A stretch of 52,885 nucleotides of DNA from Octopus bimaculoides (Eukaryota). The notes below the pieces were generated by a model. It saw only the letters and a program-made list of their open reading frames with translations, was not told the DNA's origin and did no database searches. A program made the translations under genes and the position numbers. How positions within the stretch are numbered: position 1 is the first letter of the stretch; the number at the start of each line of letters is the position of its first letter. Below are positions 1 to 11,400 of the stretch, in pieces. The DNA lies in the NCBI RefSeq assembly GCF_001194135.2, contig NC_069001.1:9163055-9215939 (forward strand). Direction: 5' to 3'.

Positions 1-47
<47 letters not shown>

Positions 48-404
48 GTTATTTATTTAATCATTCACAAACGAGAATAGTTTATTTGGTGGGGAAATCG
101 GGTCTCGCAGGCTTCATGATGTATTACACACATTGGAATTAAATTATGTGCACAGAGAAAGTTAAAAGTATTCGCTTCGATCCAAATCTCTAGTTGGTAT
201 GAGAAACCAATAACTTTCTTGTATAACAGCTCACAAGTATTCACAGAAACATCCACAATCATACAGATATATTAACAAACGTATAGATATATGTACTGAT
301 CATTTTATACATGGATGAATAGACGTTTATAAAAAATTATTTATATAGGCATATGAATGCGCGTGTGTGTCAGTGTGCATACATATATACGTAAATATAT
401 ATAT

Positions 405-562
405 AAATAGAGGCGTAAGCAAGTGTGTGGTAAGAAACTTGCTTCCAAACCATATGGTTCAGGTTTCAGTCCCACTGCATTGCACCTTGGGCAAGTGTCT
501 TCTACTATAGCCTCGGGCCGACCGAAACCTTGTGATTTTGCAGATGGAAACTGAAAGCTCAT

Positions 563-648
<86 letters not shown>

Positions 649-850
649 TTTCCCCACCATCACCACTTGACAATAGGTGTTGATGTAATTACATCAACGT
701 AAACTAGCGGTTCGGCAAGGAGAATGATAGAATAAGTGTGAAGCTTAGAAAATAAGTCCTGGGCTCGATTTGTTCAACTAAAAACCTTCAAGGCGGTGCT
801 CTGGCATGGGCGCAACCAAATGACTTAAACAAGTGAAAGAATAAAAGAAC
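405..850 (+). mobile_element. tRNA-derived SINE with an internal (GT)n microsatellite
   Basis: tRNA-like head (GTGTGGTAAG...GGTTCAGGTTTCAGTCCC) and core CACCTTGGGCAAGTGTCTTCTACTATAGCC; related copies at 19643-19975, 29545-29680 and 31605-31860. Confidence 0.75.
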
Positions 851-939
851 ATGTGTGTTGGGGGTGGATGGGGGGTATTTATATCTTCTGTTTTAATTTT
901 TGATTTAAAAAAGTGCAGAAGAAAACAAATGCTACTTAC

Positions 940-1022
940 TTCCTGCTGAAGATAATGCGCTCGCGAGTGCAGACTCAGCGTCTGTTTGAAATCCACCAAT
1001 ACTGGTAAGAGCTGAACTCATT
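940..1022 (-). CDS. IF paralog A exon 7 (post-rod linker)
   Basis: ttttacag|A ATG AGT...GGA A|gtaagt; 83 bp; [27 protein letters not shown]; homologous to C exon 7. Confidence 0.85.
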
Positions 1023-1337
1023 CTGTAAAAGTAGAATACATTTAATGAAATTTCAATAAATATTGTAGATGAATAGGAAAATATAATGAAAGATGACCTC
1101 CAACACGAAGAAGAATATTTTCATATTCGTTGTTGTTGAAGGTGGATGTGGTGTTGTTCGTATTCAACATTAGTTTAACCTAGACAGGAAAAGTGTGTGA
1201 TGCCAGGATTGATCATGTCAATTTGAGAGTCAATTTATATTATAGAGTAGGAAATGGACAAATTGAATTTTGACTGCTTTTCCTATTAGGTCTAGCAGAA
1301 TATCATTCACAGTAGCCACCGCTCCTTGTATCATTAC

Positions 1338-1380
<43 letters not shown>

Positions 1381-1663
1381 AATGTGAGCCTGCGTGTGTA
1401 TATATTTCCAATATCTATATTAGTTACTGGTAGTAATATAGAAAATTGGTGGTTTGTAAAATAATATATGCGTATTATTGTTCTTTGTTTTTTGAAGCGT
1501 ATGAGAGAGATTTTGACTTTATCGTCCCTCTTTTCTCTTTTACTGGTTTCAGTTACTAGACCGCGGCCATGATGGGGCACAACCTTGAAGAGTTTTTAGT
1601 CGAACGAATCAACCCAAGCACCGTTTTCTTTGTAAAGGCTGATATTTATTCTATTGTTCTATC

Positions 1664-1710
<47 letters not shown>

Positions 1711-2170
1711 ACCTCACCACACACCACTACACCATACACCACCATACCACACAACAACACATCACATCACACCACCACGCAAACACTAGCATTGGCCAAT
1801 TCCCAGCCCTACATCCACACACCTACGCATACACACAAGCACGCGTCAAGGTCACCAGCCCTCTTCCACACGCACATACATGCTCTCTTATACACACGCA
1901 CGCGCACCTTCGTTTTGGGATCACCACTACTTTATTATCTCCTCTTCTTCCTAGCTCTCCTGTATGACCACTTTGTTCGGCATTCGCCATGATAGATCGC
2001 CAGCCACTACACATTCTTTATTTTCTCTCCTTGTTTCTTTCTGTGTTCCTTTCTGTGGGAGAGCGTAGGCTCGAAACGTTAAAGACTTTTTCACTTCCCG
2101 AGAGTTAAACTAATACATCTGATTGTTGCCTACACCAACTGTCTTCATCTTTTGTTTTTTTGTGAATTCT

Positions 2171-2214
<44 letters not shown>

Positions 2215-3511
2215 GCTTTTTTCCACTTTCCGTCGACCAAATGTACTGACAAGGCTTCGGCTGACCCGATCCTGTAGTAGCAGACACTTGCCTAAGGTGC
2301 TATGCTTGCCCCTATTTTCTATTATGTGTAAATGTACAGGTACTGTAATGGAGATGTGGCCAGGAAAAGTATGTGCTGTTTGCTATGCAGTTATGACAAG
2401 CAGAATGTGGAGCAGAAGATGAAGTTTAGAGCGGTGTTATCATAGGTTTTAGTTTGTTAAGTATTGTTTTGCCCCACGCCAATCCCAATCAAAGGCATTT
2501 CAACCGTCATGTTTTGTTTTTAAGAATACATGATCTTCATATTTCGTGAAGCTTGCGTAGAACAGCGAGAATCCAAACAACAATGTATTCTTAATATATT
2601 CTGGTAGACTAGAACGGGAATATCTGATGACTGTTGTCTTTGGCATCGGAAAATATCTCCTCCCTTTAAACGATATATGTTCAGAGCTCACGCAGTTCAC
2701 CCGTGTAAAGAACTTTGAATCATTGAGACCGTTCCATCGTATTGTGTATCCTCGCAGTCGAAGCTGTCTCGAATTTAAAAGTACAGGTCGTTACTTACAA
2801 AAACCAGGAAACAAATTATTTTTTGATGAATGATGATGTCTGCCAAATAGATAATAATTAGTGAGGTTCAATCAGAATAGCAAGATTTCAAATATTAATG
2901 TACGTAATTCAATGTTGTATGTGAATTATCTGATCGCAGTTGCTTTTCGTGATTTGTGAATATTAACTCCCTTCAGAGTCTCGCTGTTCTGCGTGCACCT
3001 CCCAAATTATTATCAACTAATGCCCAACTTTGAAGGCACATGGCCTAGTGGTTAGAGCAGCAGGCTCGCGGGCGAGGGATCACGGGTTCGAATCTCAGAC
3101 CAGGCGATGTATGTGTTTATGAGCGAAACACCTAAGCTCCATGCTGCTCTGGCAGACGGTAATGGCATATTTCTGCTGACTCTTTCGCCACAACTTTCTC
3201 TCACACTTTCCTCCTGCATCTAGCAGCTCACCTGTGACGGACCGACGTCCCATCCAGGTGGGGAGCTTGTACGCCAATGAAACCGGGAAACTGGCCCTTA
3301 TGAGCCAGGCATGGCTCGAGAAGGAACAAAGAGCAATAACAATGCTCAACTAAGTACCCGACTTGCAGTATTCGTTCGAACTCTTTGCTGCCTCGGTTCC
3401 AATCCCATCAAAATCAAATTAAAGAAAATAGCACAGTTCTACTGTGGATTCTTCTGTCTGTCGTTGCGTCTTTTGCTTTCATTCTCCCCCTCTCTCTCTC
3501 TCTCTCTCTTT

Positions 3512-3586
<75 letters not shown>

Positions 3587-5365
3587 TCTCTCCATCTCTC
3601 ATCTTCTCTCTCTTTTCTTCCATCTGTGTTTAGATCTAGAGCATCAATTCTTCCCTATTCCTTATGCCGAATGTCCCAACAGTGTCTCTGCGTCTCCAGA
3701 TAAGCTGATGAGAACCTACAAAAAGACGGAAAGAATTTACAATATTATTTTAAGTGAAATATCTATTTTTTACCTGTTCTCTTCTCCTTCAAGTAGTTTG
3801 CGATATGCAGCAATTTCCAATTCCAGTGAGAGTTTAGCATCCATAAGGTCTTGTAATTCCTTCAACATTGTCTCCATTTCCAAACGCAAGTTATCAATTT
3901 CGGCTCTGTGAGTCGCATACTCAGATGCATTTTTGCTTAGGGCCTCCTCCAATTGAAATTCTAGATCCCTTATTCTACTTTTCATACTTGATATCTATAA
4001 AGACAAAATAAAGAATACAATTATTAAATATTAAAAAAGTATCAAAGCATAATACTTAATCGTATATACTATCATCATCATCATTCTATATGACTCAAGT
4101 TTGTTCTTATTCCTGATAAAATTTTTGTGGTTAGCAGGTTACTAGCTGTAATCTTAGACATACACAAACTTTCAATAGTATTTCTAGTGCTCAAAACCTT
4201 TCTCATAATCTCTTCTTGTCTATCTCTGCAGAAGCTCTACAGGACATTCTATTCCGGTCCCCTTCAACCATTTGTCTATATCACTGTTTACAGTTACTAA
4301 TACTCTAATTATTAATGGGTGGAGGCCCAGTGGTTAGGGCAGTGGACTCGCAGTCGTAGGATCGCGGTTTCGATTCCCAGATCGGGCGTTGTGAGTGCTT
4401 ATTGAGCGAAAACACCTAAAGTTCCACGAGTCTCCAGCAGGGGATGGTGGTGAACCTTGCTGTACTCTTTCCCCACAACCTTCTCTCACTCTTTCTTCCT
4501 GTTTCTGTTGTACCTGTATTTCAAAGGGCCAGCCTTGTCACACTCTGGGTCACTCTGAATCTCCCCGAGAACTACGTTAAGGGTACACGTGTCTGTGGAG
4601 TGCTCAGCCACTTGCACGTTAATTGCACGAGCAGGCTGTTCTTTTGATTGGATCAACTGGACAAGGTAAGAGTGATATATATANNNNNNNNNNNNNNNNN
4701 NNNNNNNNNNNNNNNNNNNNNNNNNNNNNNNNNNNNNNNNNNNNNNNNNNNNNNNNNNNNNNNNNNNNNNNNNNNNNNNNNNNNNNNNNNNNNNNNNNNN
4801 NNNNNNNNNNNNNNNNNNNNNNNNNNNNNNNNNNNNNNNNNNNNNNNNNNNNNNNNNNNNNNNNNNNNNNNNNNNNNNNNNNNNNNNNNNNNNNNNNNNN
4901 NNNNNNNNNNNNNNNNNNNNNNNNNNNNNNNNNNNNNNNNNNNNNNNNNNNNNNNNNNNNNNNNNNNNNNNNNNNNNNNNNNNNNNNNNNNNNNNNNNNN
5001 NNNNNNNNNNNNNNNNNNNNNNNNNNNNNNNNNNNNNNNNNNNNNNNNNNNNNNNNNNNNNNNNNNNNNNNNNNNNNNNNNNNNNNNNNNNNNNNNNNNN
5101 NNNNNNNNNNNNNNNNNNNNNNNNNNNNNNNNNNNNNNNNNNNNNNNNNNNNNNNNNNNNNNNNNNNNNNNNNNNNNNNNNNNNNNNNNNNNNNNNNNNN
5201 NNNNNNNNNNNNNNNNNNNNNNNNNNNNNNNNNNNNNNNNNNNNNNNNNNNNNNNNNNNNNNNNNNNNNNNNNNNNNNNNNNNNNNNNNNNNNNNNNNNN
5301 NNNNNNNNNNNNNNNNNNNNNNNNNNNNNNNNNNNNNNNNNNNNNNNNNNNNNNNNNNTATGAAG

Positions 5366-5452
<87 letters not shown>

Positions 5453-8400
5453 GAGATAGAATAATTTATGTAATATTCCTTACCGTAGATTCATATTCCC
5501 TCATAGTGCTTCCTTCCATACGTGAACGCCTATTTTCACCCGATGCTGAAGATGCTCCACTTGAACTGAGCCCGCTGCCTTGAGCTGCTGGGATGGTCCT
5601 GACGCCTGCTTTCAATTTCTGTAACTGTTGGTATAATAAGAATCATTATTATTATCAAATTTTCTTTACTTTACTCAAATGCCAATGCTGAGGGGACATC
5701 ATAGGGAAAAATTACAAATCGCTGGGTTGTTCACAGAACCGATCATTAAAACCTAGGCATTAAAACTCGCCACCCTTTCTCCGCTATACGTACAACTTCT
5801 TTTACCCTAGCGACCCAAGTAAAACTGCTTGTCCATCCCAGCCGAAAGGAGGGCTACAATGTGATCTGCACAATGGACTCCACTGGTAATTAACTCATCT
5901 TAACACTGAAGCATCGTGTATACACCTGAAGACAGTGGAGGCGCAATGGCCCAGTGGTTAGGGCAGAGGACTCGCGGTAATAGGATCGCGGTTTCGATTC
6001 CCAGACCGGGCGTTGTGAGTGTTTATTGAACGAAAACACCTAAAGCTCCACGAGGCTCCGGCAGGGGATGGTGGCGAACCCTGCTGTACTCTTTCACCAC
6101 AACTTTCTCTCGCTCTTACTTCCTGTTTCTGTTGTTCCTGTAATTCAAAGGGTTAGCCTTGTCACACTGTGTCACGCTGAATATCCCCGAGAACTACGTT
6201 AAGGGTACACGTGTCTGTGGAGTGCTCAGCCACTTGCACGTTAATTTCACGAGCAGGCTGTTCCGTTGATCGGATCAACTGGAACCCTCGACGTCGTAAG
6301 TGACGGAGTGCCAACAACACCTGAAGACATGGCTATCAACCGTTTTTGACTGCGCTGTCATCGTAGTTGTATTTTCTAACACCCAATACAAAACCTATGA
6401 TTTATCCGCTTACATACGTGCATACCCATACTAACACTGATTAGATTGTTGAAGACTAAGACAAAAATTATTCCTGTAGTGATTGGTGCAATTGGCACAA
6501 CAGCCAAATTGCTTCCTAAAAAACTGAAAAACTTTGGAATTCAGTCCAGCATGGTCAACTAGCAGAAAAGTGCGATACTGTATAATACTTAATAATACTC
6601 CTTTATACTATAAGCACTAAGCCTGACATTTTGGGGGAGGGGAAAAACCTTCGTTTTGAACTATGCTGTCATCACTACAAGTCTCTTTTACCAGTTGAGC
6701 AGACAATCTGTATCAAACATTGCCAAAAGCTTGATGATACCTGCTCAGAGGCCTACACAATGTTTTCAAAAGGTTTTCATCGTTCTGGATAAATCAAGAA
6801 CTTGTGCAACTGAAACCCCAGTGTCTTTTTAGTCAGCTGAAAGCAGTTTTGGCACAAACTTGGCAGACACACGTCTCATACCTAAATCTTCAGTAATAAT
6901 GGAGTGAACTGAACCGTAACAAATCTGCACATCCCCTGTTAACTCACGGATGGTGTTTCGAAGTTTTCCACCCAAGGCTGCACGCACATCTCCGATGTTT
7001 TTCGGCCCTTCTGGAAATATCTGAACCACTCCTACAATTGTGTGCGGCATAAACACTCCTCACCATACATTTTGTGCAACATCACGTGTGTCTCTGATCA
7101 GGTGTCGCCATGACAACTTTCTCTGCCATGGTCAATGTGACAATCACACACTACACATCTTCCTACCAAGCACTGCTGTAAACAAAGGAAGTGAGCCAGA
7201 ACGTTAAAACTTAGTGCGCATGCTCAACAGAGAATAAAGTCAACCTGTGCCAAGCGGGCTTCACTCTGCATCCTTTAGCTCTGTTACTATGGCAGCAGTC
7301 CTGATACTTATTGATCAGACCTCGTACATATGCACGGAATTACTACCTACCTACATACATAGGAACGTACGTATTTCTGCATGTACCTATATGACAGGCT
7401 TTCGTAAAAATTTCCATCTAGTAAATTCTATTCACAAAGTAGTGGTGAAATCGAGTCCATGGTAAAAGATAGTGGTCCAATGTATCATGAATGGGATCGA
7501 ACTTGTTTTCATCTTATGACTGCGATATATTTCTGACTGGATGGTAGACGGTATACATAACTTTTAAACCAAGCTATATTTTATTTTGGCACTACTGGAT
7601 GAAATGCAATGCATGTTGATGAATATAAAGTGGTATTCTGGGCCTTTCTTTTTATATGGTAATAGATTATAGAAAATTTGCTTTTCTGATTTAATCGAGA
7701 AAGTAAATCATAAACAAATTTCAATTAACATGCTTCTGGCTTTCTAAATGAAAAATTGCTAAAATAATCTAGCATCTTATGAATAAAGAACCATATTTTC
7801 TTTAGTTAAATTTTCTTGCCAAAATAATGAGGACAAACCGTAAAATAATGAATACATAAATAAAAAAAAAAAGAGGGAAATCACAAGTCACACTTCAAAA
7901 TAATGAAAATCTTAATTGCTAAGCATATGGCTTCTCAACAACGTGATTGATGTTATTTGAAAATGTATATAAATATGTATACAGTCTGACAGTAACTCCT
8001 CAACGCGACAACAGAATGTAAGATTGATTACATCTTCGATGAGATCATATTTTCAAACGATTATGTAGCAACAGAACAAACACAATTTATGAGGTTAATT
8101 TCCCAACAATTCTAAAGCATGCAAATATATTTGTTCTTTTCTAGGTAATTCTTTACCTCATCCGCATGTCGACTTTCCATCGCAGCAGTAATTGCTTGCA
8201 ACTGAGACTCATATTCGGCGCTTAAGTCAGAAACTATATTTCCAACTTCAGCCTTCCATGAGTCTTGGAAATCAGGTAACTTCTGTGTTTTTGATACAAT
8301 TGCCTGATATTCTTTGATCTCCTGCAATTAGAAATTAAAACAAAACAGTAAGTAAAATGAAGGTAAGGAAGCTAATATTAGTTTTAATTGACAAGATGTC

Positions 8401-11400
8401 ATAGCTTTTAAACAGAGAAATGGCATAGCTTTTAAACAGAGAAATGGCATAGCTTTTAAAATGAGAAATGGACAAATGTGCATAGAAAATTGGTGATAGT
8501 AAATTGCTAGTATATATTTTATCGAGGCCAGTGCAGACTACCGTCAACAAAGTGTATTTTCCCGCCAAGTTCCGAACATTGTTGGGAAGAAGGTAAACTC
8601 AGCACAATAAATTAGTGAAAGCAATACCACTCCTCCTTAGAGCGATTAGTGATGTCTGTCCATTGTTATATAAGAACAGATATGTGTAATGGGTCATTTT
8701 ACAGATAAGTATTCTAGTTATAGATAAGTTACTAAAGCCTTAGATGACTGCAGATTCAATATCGTGTTAGGAGCCACCGACACTGTGGTTTGTAGTCTAC
8801 GAACTTAGATAACTGTAACTGATCACTTGAGAAGTCGTAATTCTTTAACTATAATTGCCAAAGTGAATCTACCTGATGTAAGAAAGCCTTAAAACATCGT
8901 GGAGAATTTATTAGAGAAAATAACTAAAAATATCAGGGAAATTCTCTTGCAAAAAAAAAATATATATATCAGAAAAAAAAAAATAAAAGCAACATTACGG
9001 CATTATGGACTTCATCGAGGAAAGCAATCTCATCTTCCAGCAACGTCAGACGGTTTTCTAATTCCAATCTTTGAGAAGTTTCGTTTCGTAAGTTCTAGAA
9101 AAAAAAATATGTTATAGATTTTTTTTATAAAATATGTTTTAGATAAGCATCATTAATTCGTCCTAGATGGAAGATAAAGTACGAAAACAAGAGAAGTGAA
9201 TCTGGTTCACAAAGAAACTTTTCCCTCGTCTCACACACAATATTGCTAGAGGATTACCCATTCCTTTGAAAACAGACGTTTTAGTATCGTCAGATTTTAA
9301 TTATACAATGATTATAATAGTTGGCAATAAAGTTTTCAGAATTTTTCCTAATTTATCAATATGAATATTGACAATATTGTTAGAGTAGTATGTTTGATAT
9401 ATTCTCCATGCCTTGTTATTTTGTTTTTCAATATTGGTATGTATATTTGTACATTAGTTTCAGTATATATCTAAATTACATTTTGTTTTGTCAGTAAATG
9501 ATTTCACATTTTCCTAAAATATTTATTTTCCTACACAGATTGTGACAGAGGGGGGTTTTATATATAGAAAAGAACAACATGTGGGAAACGAGATTTAAAA
9601 TGGGATGCTAGTATGACCTAAAAGCATATCTGTTATGTGATTTACAACGTTTACACTCGTAGAGAAGACGATGAATGTTACTTATTGTTGTTTGTGTCGT
9701 GACCGTCAGATTTCTTTTTATTTAACCAGTATTCTTTAAAATATATTCATCCCAATATATATATATTGGTAAGGGCTCTTGATACAGTCACACCACTAGT
9801 TGAAAGATCATGTTAAATTAAGAATTATATTTTATATGAGAAAAAGTATTCTTAGAAGAAAAAAACAGAATGATACGAACATGTTGAAAGGAAGTTTTCG
9901 TATTGTGTGTAAGCACTTTCGCCATTTAGAGCTTTTCAAATGCAAGTGTTATAGATGTATTCCAGTCATCCATTCATCTATCCATCCCTATATACATACA
10001 TACAAACGTGCATATACACACATACGTGTGTGTATATATATGCGTGTGTGTGTGTGTGTGTGTGTGTGAGTATGTAATTGAAAAATACTGCTGGAAGTAC
10101 GTATTATGTATATCACATGGTAAATCTGAAGGTGGACGAGTTTTATACTGTGCTCTACTACGGTTTTAACGGCATATAGCATAACAATATATGTACGTAT
10201 GAGTGTATATATGTATGTATGTATGCATGCATATATAAATGTATAAACATACAAGTATACCTTTATATGTATGCATATGTATACATCTACACGCGCCGCA
10301 CACATGCAGATGTACATCCACTCATGCACACTGTCTTACATGCTTAAATACTCTTTTTTGGAACGGTAGATCTCGAAGCAGGTAAATCTATACGAAATAG
10401 TATGTAAATATTACGTTAAAGACTCGTTTTGTAAGGCAGCAATTAGGAATCCATCCGCTTCTCTTGTAAGTATAACAGAGTTTCTACCATGGGTCAAAAG
10501 CAATCCTTCGATTGTTATTATTAATAATTTTAACTCCTTCGAGATCCACCTTTGCAAATTAGAATTGTTTCACATTCTCTTGATGTTTATAAATGTTTAG
10601 AAAGTCAACAAACACACACACATACATACATACATACATACATACATACATACATACATACATACATACTCTTATACATACACGCATGTATGTGTGTGTG
10701 TGTGTGTCTGTGTGAGTGTATTTATATCAAATGATAGTATATGTGAGTGTACAAAAATCGTGAGAGTGAGAAGGAATATTGCAACGTACGGTTCTAAGTT
10801 CACCCATTTGTCCCTCAAGAATGCCATATCGCTTCTTCCAATCAGCAAGTTGCTTCTCCAGTTCACTTGTCCTCCTTCTGCTGGTTTCGCTGTCTGCAAT
10901 GCGGCGGGCAACTTCATCGTGTAAGCCATCAATTTCGGCTTGCACTCTATCTCTCTCGTCTTGCACTTGGCGCAGGCTGACAGAAAAAATAATGAAATTG
11001 TTTTGCCAAAGAATATTTGTTTGTGTTCAGTATGGACTGGTATGGTTGGCAACCATGATAATACTGAAACATGTATGTGTTAACAAAATATTAACTACAA
11101 TATACCAATATTATATATGAATTGTTAGCGACAGAAACAAATTTTATAACCAATTTAGCGTGGATGGTTTGTTAAAACACCGAATACTGCGTAATTAACC
11201 TTGAGAGATTCTCTCTGTTGCGTCGACGCCCCCAAGCGAAGAAGTAGGATCCCCCAAGACATATAAATAGAGCAGTTGGTAGAGCAGTTGAGTGACTGTT
11301 GAGTAGCGGTTGAGTAGAGATCATCCGAAGGTGCTACATAGCAGTAGCTTGAGACATAACACTCTTATATACGTCCTTTGTGCATGCATAAATCATATCA

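Noticed and set aside
65-400. Exon 8 of paralog A
   Set aside because: No ATDG.YIKLED-like frame with a valid acceptor was found; it probably lies left of the window.
3770-3773. In-frame stop right after exon 6 in all three genes (R-TAA), suggesting a tailless isoform
   Set aside because: This follows automatically from a phase-2 GTAA donor consensus, so it is not evidence by itself.
4623-5379. 243-246 aa ORFs, and the 215/238 aa ORFs at 44097-44880
   Set aside because: They are open only because they span N gaps and trinucleotide repeats.
5366-5452. (GATA)n tracts as GATA enhancers (also 26730-26785)
   Set aside because: They are simple tetranucleotide microsatellites, common throughout such genomes.
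5935-6010. tRNA genes at the SINE 5' ends
   Set aside because: The A/B-box heads run into about 300 bp of SINE body with TSDs, and there is no complete cloverleaf.
8401-8472. CRISPR-like short direct repeats (also 31456-31520)
   Set aside because: They are head-to-tail minisatellites without spacers, in a eukaryotic intron.
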